Shown: positions 1 to 9,647, counted from the first letter of the stretch. The stretch: 64,000 nucleotides of DNA from an uncultured cyanobacterium (GCA_963793425.1 CAWCAG010000005.1:1056001-1120000); one strand, 5' to 3'. Notes: a model not told the origin generated them from the letters alone. Numbers and translations are program-made.

Positions 1-1
1 T

Positions 2-94
2 TTGCAAGAGCAATATCTTTTAAAAAAACGAGGATTTATTAAAGTTAAAGGTAAAGGGGAAATGCTTACTTATTGGCTTGTGGCTAAAAAATAG
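2..94 (+). CDS. 3' end of a class III adenylate/guanylate cyclase (partial, begins before the window)
   Basis: Manual translation LQEQYLLKKRGFIKVKGKGEMLTYWLVAKK* matches the cyclase C-terminal RGxIxVKGKGxMxTYWL motif, also seen in 38772..39980. Confidence 0.85.
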   Translation: MQEQYLLKKRGFIKVKGKGEMLTYWLVAKK

Positions 95-108
95 CTAATA
101 GCTAATTC

Positions 109-633
109 TCAGTTTTGATTCTTTTTCCTCGAACTCTTTCTTTGGGGTTTCAATAGCAAAACCATAAATTTAGCATACCGCCTGTTTCTTTCTCCAGCTA
201 AACTAACTAATTGTTCAGTAGACATAACAGTACCATCAGGCATTTTTGTACCCCTCAAATTAGCATCGGTTAAATCAGCATCAGTGAGATTAGCCCCCGT
301 CAAATCTGCACCTTGAAGATCCGCTTCCCGCAAATTAGCTGCACATAAATTAGCCTGAGTTAAATCTGCCCCAGCTAAATCTGCTGCCATTAAGTTGATG
401 CTGCTTAAATTAGTACTTCTCAAGTTAGTGTTCGTTAAATTAGCTCCTTCTAAAATTGTCCCTTGTAAATTAGCTTCCTGTAAATCAGCATTTTTTAGGT
501 AAACCCAACTCATAGTTTCTCCGCTGAGGTTAACTTGCCGAAAATCCCTTTCTCCCGCTACATATCTTTTGATAAGTAGTTTAGAAATAACTTGGAGAGA
601 TTGATTATTACAATTTTTTTCGATGGCCATCAT
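109..633 (-). CDS. Pentapeptide repeat protein
   Basis: Tandem A(D/N)LxxA repeats after a RYxAGERDF N-terminal motif. Confidence 0.92.
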   Translation of the reverse strand: MMAIEKNCNNQSLQVISKLLIKRYVAGERDFRQVNLSGETMSWVYLKNADLQEANLQGTILEGANLTNTNLRSTNLSSINLMAADLAGADLTQANLCAANLREADLQGADLTGANLTDADLTDANLRGTKMPDGTVMSTEQLVSLAGERNRRYAKFMVLLLKPQRKSSRKKNQN

Positions 634-911
634 AGGGCATTTCTCAGACTTTAGTTATTTGTCTAGAAATCCATTATCGAATGGGGACATTTGCGATCGC
701 GTCTGCTTAATGTCCATCTTATGTATAACTTAAATTTATCTTTGAAAAGAATATATATCCATATATTTTATATTAACGGCGGAAAAACCAAAATGCCAAG
801 GCCGCTATTACAGAAGATTAATATTTTTTAGAGAATTTTAATAATAATCGTCTTCAACTAAGCAATTAGTTGATTACGATAGTAGGTCATCAAACAGGGA
901 TTTTTTTGACA

Positions 912-2309
912 ATGCAACTTTCAAAATCAACTCCAACCAACACCCATGCTGTAGTCATAGGCGGTAGTATGGCTGGGTTATTATCTGGTCGAGTATTGGC
1001 TGACCACTTTGATAGAGTAACAATTATAGAGAAAGGTTACTTTCCGGAAAAACCAAGTTTCCGCCCAGGAGTACCCCAATCTCCCCATCTCCACTTTCTC
1101 CTCATGCAGGGTCGTATCATCCTTGACAAGCTTTTTCCTGGCTTTACCGAAGATTTAATGGCTGCTGGGGCCCAACTTTTGGATATGACAGCAGATGTTG
1201 CTTGGTTGAAACCTTTTGGCTGGGCAGTGCGCTTTCCCTCAGATTTCAATATTCTCAGCCTCAGTCGGTCTTTATTAGATTGGTATATCCATAAACGTCT
1301 GTTAGCTTTGAAGCTTGTTAACTTCCTAGAAGGAGGTTCTGTTACCGGCTTACTATCCCAAAATGATGGCATAGTAACAGGTGTATCAGTTCGCATTCGC
1401 GATCGCTCCTCACCAGAAAATAGTCGCCAAGAGGAAATCCGGGCAGATTTAGTCGTTGACGCTAGCGGTAGAAATTCTAAAACCCCCCAATGGCTAGAGT
1501 CTTTAGGCTATCAAGCCCCTAAAGAAGCTCTTGTAAATGCCCATCCCGGTTATGCTAGCTGTACTTACCAAATTCCCTCTGGATTCAAAGCCGATTGGAA
1601 AGCTGTCTATTTACAAGGCTCTCCCCCAAAACAACCCCGTGCAGCCATACTTTACCCTATTGAAGGCGATCGCTGGATAGTTAGCACCATGAGTATTGCT
1701 CCTGACTATCCCCCTGGAGATGAAGCTGGCTTTCTAGAATTTCTTAGTAAACTAGAAAGCCCCATCCTCTACGACACATTGAAAAATGCCCAGCCCCTTT
1801 CTCCTGTTGTTACTTACCGCCCCTCTGGAAACCGTCGGCGTTATTATGAACAACTTCCTAAACAACCAGAAGGATTTATTGTTACCGGAGATTCTGTTTG
1901 TACCTTCAGCCCAGTTTATGGCCAAGGTGTGACAGTCTCTGCTCTTGAAGCTATAACTTTAGGGCAATGCTTACAAAATGGTTTAGCGGGTGTAGAGCGG
2001 CGCTTTCAAAAGGAACTCGGTAAGGTGGTTACCGGCCCTTGGCTAGCTGCAACCACTCAAGATGCCCGTTATGACGGAGTAGAAGGCAAGTCCCTAACTT
2101 TCAAAGAGCATTTGCTGCAAGGTTATATGGATAGGGTGGATGAATTGGCTACCACTAATCCTGATATTTGCCTGAAATTGTTTGATGTGATCCACATGAT
2201 TAAGTCTCCCGACAGTTTGTTGGAACCCGCTTTAGCTATGCGAGTTTTGATGCAGGCTTTAGGAAACTTTCGCTTTGAGAAGGGAAGTTTGCAAGAAAAG
2301 CAGGGTTAG
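912..2309 (+). CDS. FAD-dependent oxidoreductase/monooxygenase
   Basis: GGSMAG Rossmann motif, DASG and GD FAD fingerprints; ATG at 912 preferred over TTG at 870. Confidence 0.85.
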   Translation: MQLSKSTPTNTHAVVIGGSMAGLLSGRVLADHFDRVTIIEKGYFPEKPSFRPGVPQSPHLHFLLMQGRIILDKLFPGFTEDLMAAGAQLLDMTADVAWLKPFGWAVRFPSDFNILSLSRSLLDWYIHKRLLALKLVNFLEGGSVTGLLSQNDGIVTGVSVRIRDRSSPENSRQEEIRADLVVDASGRNSKTPQWLESLGYQAPKEALVNAHPGYASCTYQIPSGFKADWKAVYLQGSPPKQPRAAILYPIEGDRWIVSTMSIAPDYPPGDEAGFLEFLSKLESPILYDTLKNAQPLSPVVTYRPSGNRRRYYEQLPKQPEGFIVTGDSVCTFSPVYGQGVTVSALEAITLGQCLQNGLAGVERRFQKELGKVVTGPWLAATTQDARYDGVEGKSLTFKEHLLQGYMDRVDELATTNPDICLKLFDVIHMIKSPDSLLEPALAMRVLMQALGNFRFEKGSLQEKQG

Positions 2310-2332
2310 TTTTGTCGAGGATGTAAGTTTTC

Positions 2333-2398
2333 TTGACATTAATATTCAATAATTATAAACTCATTTGGCACTAGCTTATTGAGAATTTTCTCTAACAA
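2333..2398 (+). promoter_or_regulatory. Putative Fur-type boxes upstream of the multicopper oxidase
   Basis: TTGACATTAATATTCAA (2333) and ATTGAGAATTTTCTCTAAC (2378) are AT-rich imperfect palindromes; a related motif recurs at 3421. Confidence 0.5.
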
Positions 2399-2400
2399 TT

Positions 2401-3408
2401 ATGACCGTAGATAAGAACTGGTCATCACAGCCTTTCAGTCGCCGACAAGTTTTGCAATGGAGTTTGTTGGGGGCTGGTGGGTTAGGAACAATGGCCACTG
2501 TTAGCTATCTTCGCAGTTCCAGTTCATCTTCTGTCAGAATTCCTCTTATTTCCGAAGAGTTATCTGATGCTGGTAATGGAATCAGCCCCCTCCAAATCCT
2601 CAGAGAGTTTGACTGGGGGACTTTGAAGCGAGAAAATGGCCGTACAGTTAGGGAATTCCAAGCTGTTGCTAACAATAGCACCATTTATTTGAACAGTGCT
2701 TTACCTTTTAAAAGTTGGAACATTAATGGTAGAGTGCCGGGACCAACCTTTCGGGCTAAGGCAGGAGAAAGGATACGAGTCATTTTCAATAACCAAGATG
2801 GCCATTCCCATACCATGCACTTTCATGGCATCCACCCAGCAAAATCTGATGGGGTTGAACCTGTTCGTCATGGCAAAATAGCGATTTATGAGTTTGAGGC
2901 TGAACCCTATGGTGTTCAGCTTTACCACTGCCACATAGCCCCCGTTACACGCCATATTGCTAAGGGGCTTTATGGTATGTTCATTATTGATCCCCCAGAA
3001 GGTCGTCCCCCTGCTGATGAAATGGTGATGGTGATGGGAGGATATGATATTGACAATGACGAAAAGAATGAACTTTATGCCTTCAACGGCATTCCCAACT
3101 ATTTTCGTGACCATCCTATTCCTATTTACCAAAACCAGCTTGTTCGCCTTTATGTGCTGAATATGATTGAGTTTGACCCGGCGGTAACTTTTCATATTCA
3201 TGCTAATTTCTTTCAGGTTTATCGTACAGGGCGCTCCCTCACTCCCAATGAAGAAACTGATGTGATCACTATGGGAACCGCAGAACGGCACATACTAGAG
3301 TTTAGCTACCCTTATCCAGGAAAATATATGTTTCATCCCCATCAAGATATTATTGCCGAACATGGTTGCATGGGGATGTTTGAAGTGATTAAGAGCAATA
3401 ACCAATAA
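2401..3408 (+). CDS. Tat-exported two-domain multicopper oxidase
   Basis: SRRQVL twin-arginine signal; HTMHFHG, YHCH..HIAKGL, FHIHA and FHPH copper motifs; the T1 Cys is present only in domain 1. Confidence 0.9.
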   Translation: MTVDKNWSSQPFSRRQVLQWSLLGAGGLGTMATVSYLRSSSSSSVRIPLISEELSDAGNGISPLQILREFDWGTLKRENGRTVREFQAVANNSTIYLNSALPFKSWNINGRVPGPTFRAKAGERIRVIFNNQDGHSHTMHFHGIHPAKSDGVEPVRHGKIAIYEFEAEPYGVQLYHCHIAPVTRHIAKGLYGMFIIDPPEGRPPADEMVMVMGGYDIDNDEKNELYAFNGIPNYFRDHPIPIYQNQLVRLYVLNMIEFDPAVTFHIHANFFQVYRTGRSLTPNEETDVITMGTAERHILEFSYPYPGKYMFHPHQDIIAEHGCMGMFEVIKSNNQ

Positions 3409-3420
3409 AAATTTTTCTAA

Positions 3421-3444
3421 CTTATTGACAATATCTCTTATTAA
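3421..3444 (+). promoter_or_regulatory. Putative Fur-type box upstream of the lipoprotein gene
   Basis: CTTATTGACAATATCTCTTATTAA resembles CTTATTGAGAATTTTCTCTAACAA at 2375. Confidence 0.45.
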
Positions 3445-3494
3445 TTTTACTTTAATTAAAAGTCCTGTTGAAATTATTTTTAAATCTCGAACTC

Positions 3495-4346
3495 ATGAAA
3501 AAACTTAAACCCTTAGAACTGTTCTTAACTGCAAGCTTAGCTGTGAGTTTAACGGCTTGCGGTGGGGCTGATACTCCAGGAGGTGAAGATGGGGGAGTGA
3601 CGGAGGAAATAGAAGAAACCGTTGATGAAGGTGGAGAAGGTGGAGAAGGCGGGGAAGGTGGGGAAGGTGGGGAAGAAGGACACTCTGAACACTCTGCTGC
3701 CAGTAGTAACCCCGACGTTAATTACATGGTTTCTTTAGGGTTAATGAAGGGTCACATGATGGTGGCGAAAGAGTTACTAGATGCAGACAAACCTGAAGAG
3801 GCTGACCCCCATATTGGGCATCCAGTTGAGGAAATTTATGGCGATATTGCAGGAGAATTGGCAGAACGCAACGTTGAGGAATTTAAAGGAACTCTCAATG
3901 AACTCCATGACTTAGTTAAGACAACACCCCAAGCCCCTGAAGTGGGTGAAAAATACCAAGCTGCCATGGAGAAAGTTGATGCTGCGATCTCCGCAATTCC
4001 AGAAGAACAATTGAGTTCTCCTCAATTTGTCTTAGAATCTATCAACGGTATGCTAGCAGTAGCCGCAGAAGAATATGAAGCTTCCCTAGCTGATGGTAAG
4101 TTTGTTGAACTGATCGAGTATCAAGATTCTAGGGGATTTGTACTTTATAGCCAACAACTCTTAGCAACAGTAGATGAGGAACTTTCAGGGCAAGCCCCAG
4201 AAGCACTCCAAACAATCCAAGTATCCCTCAGCGAGTTAACCAAGGCTTGGCCTTCTGTAGATGCCCCAGAAGGCCCTGTGTTAACTCCGGAGAAAGTTTT
4301 TGAATTGGTAGAAGAAATTAAAGCAGCATCTGACGGTGTGAGTTAA
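3495..4346 (+). CDS. Lipoprotein with (EGG)n linker, probable metal-binding protein
   Basis: Lipobox LTAC; EGG x5; His/Glu motifs GH, HIGHPVEE and EYQDSRG; ATG at 3495. Confidence 0.7.
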   Translation: MKKLKPLELFLTASLAVSLTACGGADTPGGEDGGVTEEIEETVDEGGEGGEGGEGGEGGEEGHSEHSAASSNPDVNYMVSLGLMKGHMMVAKELLDADKPEEADPHIGHPVEEIYGDIAGELAERNVEEFKGTLNELHDLVKTTPQAPEVGEKYQAAMEKVDAAISAIPEEQLSSPQFVLESINGMLAVAAEEYEASLADGKFVELIEYQDSRGFVLYSQQLLATVDEELSGQAPEALQTIQVSLSELTKAWPSVDAPEGPVLTPEKVFELVEEIKAASDGVS

Positions 4347-4377
4347 TCGGCAACAATAATCTACCATCCTCTATGAT

Positions 4378-5115
4378 TTAAAGTTCTTGCTGGGTAGGAC
4401 GAATAATTATCTCGTTAACATCAACATCCCCAGGTTGTTCGAGGGCATAAGTAATTGCCCGTGCAATTCCATCAGCATCTATAGCTACGGAATAAAGTTC
4501 ATTAACATTTTTAGCTGTTTCTTGATCAGAAATTGTGTTGGTTAATTCCGTGTCTACTGCCCCAGGAGAGATATTGGTGGAGCGAATTTCCCCATTAGAT
4601 TCCAATCTGATTCCTTCAGAAATTGCTTTAACAGCGAATTTGGTCGCACAATAAACCGTCCCCCCCGGAAAGACTTTATGTCCTGCCACTGAGGAGATGT
4701 TAACGATATGACCAGATTTTTGCTGTCGCATCACTGGCAATACTGCGGCAATCCCGTACAACACCCCTTTGATGTTGACATCGACCATTTTCTCCCATTC
4801 ATCCACCTTAATTTCATCTAAAGGTGATAAGGGCATTAAACCAGCATTATTCACTAAAACATCTATACGGCTATAAGCTTCCTGGGTTGCTTTAGCTAAG
4901 GCTTCTACAGCAGAGCGATCAGTAACATCTGTTAACTGATATTTAGCTGTACCCCCGTCTTTTTCGATGGTAGAAACTAATTCTTTGAGGCGATCTTCCC
5001 GTCTAGCCGCAAGCATTAACTTAGCGCCGTTTTTAGCTAATCTACGGGCAGTAGCTTCACCAAGTCCGCTACTTGCTCCTGTAATAATCACAACTTTATT
5101 TTCAATTTCAGACAT
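4378..5115 (-). CDS. SDR family oxidoreductase
   Basis: TGASSGLG, NNAG and YCATK motifs. Confidence 0.95.
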   Translation of the reverse strand: MSEIENKVVIITGASSGLGEATARRLAKNGAKLMLAARREDRLKELVSTIEKDGGTAKYQLTDVTDRSAVEALAKATQEAYSRIDVLVNNAGLMPLSPLDEIKVDEWEKMVDVNIKGVLYGIAAVLPVMRQQKSGHIVNISSVAGHKVFPGGTVYCATKFAVKAISEGIRLESNGEIRSTNISPGAVDTELTNTISDQETAKNVNELYSVAIDADGIARAITYALEQPGDVDVNEIIIRPTQQEL

Positions 5116-5125
5116 AGTTAATCTT

Positions 5126-5593
5126 TTAAGCGTTAGCTACTAACTGGCGTATTTCATCATTAACCAAAGGATAAAGCAAATCGTATACTTTGTGGTGAGT
5201 ATTCCTGGCTGCAAGCAACAAAGGTGTTTCTCCGGCGCTCCAAGCATTAGCATTAGCACCAAATTCTAGTAAGATTTGTACAACTTCCTCATAACCCTGG
5301 TTAGAAGCCGACATCAAAGCTGTCCAACAATCTTCTTCATAAGCATCAACTTCTGCCCCAGTTTCCAGCAACAAGCGAACAATTTCTTGATGTCCTCCGT
5401 TAGCCGCTTCGTGTAGAGGCAGACAGTTAAAACCATTGTTCACCTTAGCCCCAGCAGCAATTAATTCCTGCACTATTTCTACTAACCCTTGTCTGGCTGC
5501 AACAACTAAAGCTGGTTTCTCATACCAAATGGAAGGATTAACCTTTGCCCCCAACTTAAGCAGGGTTTGCACGGCTTGCAGGTTTTCACTCAT
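5126..5593 (-). CDS. Ankyrin repeat protein (probably 5'-truncated)
   Basis: Repeated TPL/LPLHxAA..G..EIV..LL..GA.VN; the frame stays open upstream to 5659 with another TPL motif but no start codon. Confidence 0.8.
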   Translation of the reverse strand: MSENLQAVQTLLKLGAKVNPSIWYEKPALVVAARQGLVEIVQELIAAGAKVNNGFNCLPLHEAANGGHQEIVRLLLETGAEVDAYEEDCWTALMSASNQGYEEVVQILLEFGANANAWSAGETPLLLAARNTHHKVYDLLYPLVNDEIRQLVANA

Positions 5594-5868
5594 AACCCCA
5601 GCGATGAGGGGTGTGACAGTTTCTGATGTTTCAGTAAAATATTCTTCACTTTGTTTTGATTAAGCCATTGGAACAAAATAAAGAATAAGCGAATTAGTGC
5701 GATCGCAATTGCAGCTTCTGGATTTAGCCAGCTTATCAGGGTAATTGTCGTGATGGCGATCGCTTTTAAAATCGAGGGATGAATTTTAGGTTTCTTGGCT
5801 GGTTGAGGTTGTTTGACAGCAGGAATAACGATTATAATTTTGGTTTCGGGTTGTTTTGTAGGTTTCAT
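5590..5868 (-). CDS. Small putative membrane protein
   Basis: Lys/Pro-rich N-terminus and two hydrophobic segments; divergent from the HTH gene; ATG at 5868. Confidence 0.55.
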   Translation of the reverse strand: MKPTKQPETKIIIVIPAVKQPQPAKKPKIHPSILKAIAITTITLISWLNPEAAIAIALIRLFFILFQWLNQNKVKNILLKHQKLSHPSSLGL

Positions 5869-5954
5869 GAGTTTGTTGGATTTGTGTTTCAACAATTACA
5901 ACGCTACAAGCTTTAAAATTGAGGCGAAAGAGCGAGTAAATGCGAGTAGTTTGT

Positions 5955-6014
5955 TAGGGCGGGTTTATTTGGTTTAATGTTGATCTCACGATTGGACTTC
6001 AAACCCGCCCCTAC
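5955..6014. repeat. REP-like inverted repeat element
   Basis: AGGGCGGGTTT...AAACCCGCCCCT arms. Confidence 0.65.
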
Positions 6015-6108
6015 TGTTGCAACATTTTAGGACTGTCACGCCACTACAAATACTCGCGCACTTATACGCATTGTTTCGTTAAATTAGAGGAAGTTTTACT
6101 GGCTAGCT

Positions 6109-6774
6109 ATGAGTGGAAACAAAAGACGAGGCGGTTATCTGGCGACGGCGGAAGGGGTAAAGAAACTCAAAGAAGCAAAGCGAATCAAAAAGTACACTTA
6201 TGAGCAAATTGCAGAAGAAGCCAAGGAAACAGAGGATAAAGTTAAACGTTTGTTTAATCCTCAATGGGGCAATGGTAAATATAAAGTTGGGGAAGAAGCT
6301 GTTCAAGCTATCTGCAATGTATTGAATTTAAAGCCAGAAGAAATTGTTAGTGATTGGTATCCCTTAGAGATTACTTCAGATGAATCGCAGGTAATTACAA
6401 TAAATCAAAAAAAAACCTATTGGCGTAGTGGGGTGGTTTTGGCAAATGAAGGTAATTTGGCTTTGGTTAAAGCAGACAAGGAAGATAAAATTATTAAAAT
6501 TCGTGTTAGTGGCAAAACCAATACAAGACGCAATCTTTTAACAGCAATTCGTTCCCAGTTTGACTATATTCATGAAACTATTCCTGGTATCGTACCAGTG
6601 GAAAAAGTTCCGTTGATAGAACATCCAGAAATCATTTTGGACTATCAAGAATTATTAGGTTTAGAGGCAATGGGAGAAACAGATTATCCTATCGGTAAAC
6701 TCAGAAAGCGTATACCGTTGAAGCAATTGCTTGATGGTATCGAATCTCTAGGGAATCGCCCTCAAACTTTATAA
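6109..6774 (+). CDS. Chimeric protein: N-terminal HTH-like domain fused to a COR C-terminal subdomain
   Basis: N-terminus [28 protein letters not shown]-terminus [41 protein letters not shown], typical of Roc-COR C-termini. Confidence 0.65.
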   Translation: MSGNKRRGGYLATAEGVKKLKEAKRIKKYTYEQIAEEAKETEDKVKRLFNPQWGNGKYKVGEEAVQAICNVLNLKPEEIVSDWYPLEITSDESQVITINQKKTYWRSGVVLANEGNLALVKADKEDKIIKIRVSGKTNTRRNLLTAIRSQFDYIHETIPGIVPVEKVPLIEHPEIILDYQELLGLEAMGETDYPIGKLRKRIPLKQLLDGIESLGNRPQTL

Positions 6775-7932
6775 CAGCCCCACAAAATGCAAAGGCCCTT
6801 GCCCACTTAGTATTTCCAAAACTAAAGCAATGAAACCAACCATTGCTAAACGCCCATTCCAAACCTCTGCTGCTGTTGTCATACCCCATTCCCACTTTTC
6901 GGGGGGATACATCTTCACCTTCTTCTTCATGCGGCTAATTTCGCCGAAGGTGCGAGGAGGAGAATTAACGGCATCTTCTACTAAAGCAGCCAAAGATTCA
7001 ATAAACACAGGATGGGTATCTAGGGCAGGTACACGATAAAAATTCTCTACCCCCGCTTCTTGGGCGATTTCCCGATACTCAATATCAATTTCTTGGAGAG
7101 TTTCAATATGTTCAGAAACAAAGCTGATGGGAACAACTAATAAATTTTTGATGCCCTTTGCCCCTAACTCTTTTAAAGCTTCTTCTGTATAAGGTTGCAG
7201 CCACTCCACCGGACCAACCCTACTTTGATAAGCTAAGGTATGATCATTGGGTCGGTCGAGGGTTTTCATGATTAAGCGAGTGCAATCTTCAATTTCCTTT
7301 TGATAAGGATCACCAGCTTCTTCAACATAACTTACCGGGACACCATGGGCGCTGAAAAAGATATGTCCCTGAGCCGGATTGCTAACTTTGTCTAACTCCT
7401 GAGTAATTAAATCAGCCATGGCTCTTAAATAGTCAGGATGCTGATACCATGAAGGAATAACTGTATATTCCATTTTCCTTAGTTCATGGTCATTTTCCCA
7501 CATCTGCTCTAATAGCCGGAAAGAAGAGCCACTGGTACTAATAGAAAATTGAGGATAAAGAGGTAAGATTACTAACTTTTGAATACGCTCTTTTTTAATC
7601 CGGGCGATCGCTTCTTCTGTGAAAGGATGCCAATAACGCATACCAATGAAAACTGTAGCATTATGCCCTTGATTTTGTAACCTTTCTTCAAGAGCTTCTG
7701 CTTGCTCTTCTGTAATCCTTCTTAAAGGAGAGCCTCCGCCAATTTGCTTATAATTTTCCTCAGATGTGGGTGTGCGTCTAGTGGAAATAAACCAAGCTAA
7801 AGGCTTTTGTAACCAAGGAAAAGGTATACGAATAATTTCAGGGTCGGAAAATAAATTATATAAAAAGGGACGAACATCGTTTAATTCGTCGGGGCCGCCC
7901 AAATTAAGTAATAATACTCCTAAACGACTCAT
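6769..7932 (-). CDS. hemH: Ferrochelatase with C-terminal CAB domain
   Basis: LLNLGGP, SAHG and [13 protein letters not shown] motifs; [12 protein letters not shown] motif. Confidence 0.97.
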   Translation of the reverse strand: MSRLGVLLLNLGGPDELNDVRPFLYNLFSDPEIIRIPFPWLQKPLAWFISTRRTPTSEENYKQIGGGSPLRRITEEQAEALEERLQNQGHNATVFIGMRYWHPFTEEAIARIKKERIQKLVILPLYPQFSISTSGSSFRLLEQMWENDHELRKMEYTVIPSWYQHPDYLRAMADLITQELDKVSNPAQGHIFFSAHGVPVSYVEEAGDPYQKEIEDCTRLIMKTLDRPNDHTLAYQSRVGPVEWLQPYTEEALKELGAKGIKNLLVVPISFVSEHIETLQEIDIEYREIAQEAGVENFYRVPALDTHPVFIESLAALVEDAVNSPPRTFGEISRMKKKVKMYPPEKWEWGMTTAAEVWNGRLAMVGFIALVLEILSGQGPLHFVGLL

Positions 7933-8043
7933 AATAATAACAATCTTCTAAAAACTTCAAATTCTTTACTAAGTTTAACAATATATCTTTCTTTAAGCTG
8001 AAATCAGCGATCGAAGATACACAACTTAACTGGGGGGGCAAAT

Positions 8044-8775
8044 TTGGCAACTTTTTTACGGCCGTTGAGCTATAAATACCAGGGTCTTTACGATACGATA
8101 TCTCGTTTAGGGGCTTTAAGTGTCGGCGGAGAAAGACGCTTTCGTAACTTAGCTTTACAAGGGCTAAACATAAATCAAGATACTGTGGTACTAGATATGT
8201 GTTGCGGTTCTGGACAAACAACTCAGTTTTTGGTAAAAGATTCTCAACAAGTAACAGGTTTAGATATTTCCCCTTTATCCTTAAAAAGGGCCGCACAAAA
8301 CGTACCTCAAGCCAAGTATGTAGAAGCCAATGCCGAAGATATGCCCTTTCCAGACAATCATTTCGATTTGGTGCATACGAGTGTAGCACTCCATGAGATG
8401 ACTTGGGGAGAACTGCAAGAAATTATTACTGAAGTTTATCGAGTTATTAAGCCAGGGGGCATATTTGCCTTCATCGATTTACACAAACCAACTAACCCGT
8501 TATTTTGGCCCGGTTTAGCTATATTTATGTGGCTATTTGAAACTCATACTGCTTGGAAATTAATCGAAACAGACTTAATTGCTGAGTTAGAAAAAGTTGG
8601 TTTCATAGAAACCAAAAAGACTCTCCATGCCGGAGGAAGCCTTCAAGTTATTCAGGGGATTAAAAACCAACCTACATTCCTAATCAATACCCTTACTTAT
8701 CCAAACGTAAACAACTCCCTTGACAGTTTCTTTACCAGACCTAATAATTTTGACAAACACACACAGCATCTGTAG
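8044..8775 (+). CDS. Class I SAM-dependent methyltransferase
   Basis: LDMCCGSG motif I, GLDIS, FDLV and KPGG. Confidence 0.9.
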   Translation: MATFLRPLSYKYQGLYDTISRLGALSVGGERRFRNLALQGLNINQDTVVLDMCCGSGQTTQFLVKDSQQVTGLDISPLSLKRAAQNVPQAKYVEANAEDMPFPDNHFDLVHTSVALHEMTWGELQEIITEVYRVIKPGGIFAFIDLHKPTNPLFWPGLAIFMWLFETHTAWKLIETDLIAELEKVGFIETKKTLHAGGSLQVIQGIKNQPTFLINTLTYPNVNNSLDSFFTRPNNFDKHTQHL

Positions 8776-8872
8776 GAACACGCGCCGACGAACGAAAGAA
8801 AACAAGTCTAAAATTCATTTATATTTACAGTTAGTTTTGTATTGATTTTAGGCGTACCATTTGATTTTATTG

Positions 8873-9547
8873 ATGAACCAACCAGTTGCCATAACCCTTA
8901 GTTCACTATTTTCCTTTTGGGATAAACTAGATAATGAAATCCAAATAGACGTACTTGCTAAAGGTCAATATATAAGCTTGTCAGCAGGTAACTTCGTCTG
9001 TTTAGAAGGTGAGATGTGTAATCATTTGCCATTAGTAATTTCTGGAAGTGTGCGGATTTACAAAACAGGAGAAAGTGGCAGAGAAGTTACCCTTTATCAT
9101 TTAGAGCAAGGTGATAGCTGTATTCTGACGGCTTCAAGTATTATCAGTCAAAAAGTATTTCCTGCATTTGCCGTTACTGAAACTGAAGTTGAGGCTTTTG
9201 TTATTCCTGCAAATAGCTTAAGAGAATGGGTAATACACGAACCAATTTGGCAAGAATATATCTTTGGACTACTTGCTCAACGGTTAGCTAATGTAATTGA
9301 AATAGTTGAAGAGGTTGCTTTTCGGCGCATGGATAGTCGAATTGCCTCATATCTTTTGAATAATGGCGATAGTAATATCAGAACTTTACGGATAACCCAT
9401 GAAGCGATCGCCCAAGAATTGGGTAGTTCTAGAGAGGTGGTTAGTCGTATTCTCAAAAGTTTTGAGAAACAAGGATTATTATCTTTGTCACGGGGAAAAA
9501 TAGAACTCAAAAGCTGGTCAAACATCGCAAAAATTGCCCAGGAATGA
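8873..9547 (+). CDS. Crp/Fnr family transcriptional regulator
   Basis: cNMP-binding-like beta roll; HTH THEAIAQELGSSREVVSRILK. Confidence 0.92.
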   Translation: MNQPVAITLSSLFSFWDKLDNEIQIDVLAKGQYISLSAGNFVCLEGEMCNHLPLVISGSVRIYKTGESGREVTLYHLEQGDSCILTASSIISQKVFPAFAVTETEVEAFVIPANSLREWVIHEPIWQEYIFGLLAQRLANVIEIVEEVAFRRMDSRIASYLLNNGDSNIRTLRITHEAIAQELGSSREVVSRILKSFEKQGLLSLSRGKIELKSWSNIAKIAQE

Positions 9548-9571
9548 AATTTTTGGTTATAGACTTTGTTG

Positions 9572-9586
9572 TGTGACTTTATCACA
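9572..9586. promoter_or_regulatory. Crp/Fnr-type operator palindrome
   Basis: TGTGA-CTTTA-TCACA between the regulator and the next gene. Confidence 0.6.
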
Positions 9587-9647
9587 GAATAGCTGGAAGT
9601 AAATTGATTACTATTTTCATAGATGATTACTTTTTTAAGAGGTTGTT

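Noticed and set aside
2701..3291. 196-aa antisense ORF and the many other short overlapping ORFs in the track
   Set aside because: Shadow frames of well-supported genes, with no recognisable motifs.
6769..6880. CAB domain fused to ferrochelatase as a novelty
   Set aside because: Standard for cyanobacterial HemH.
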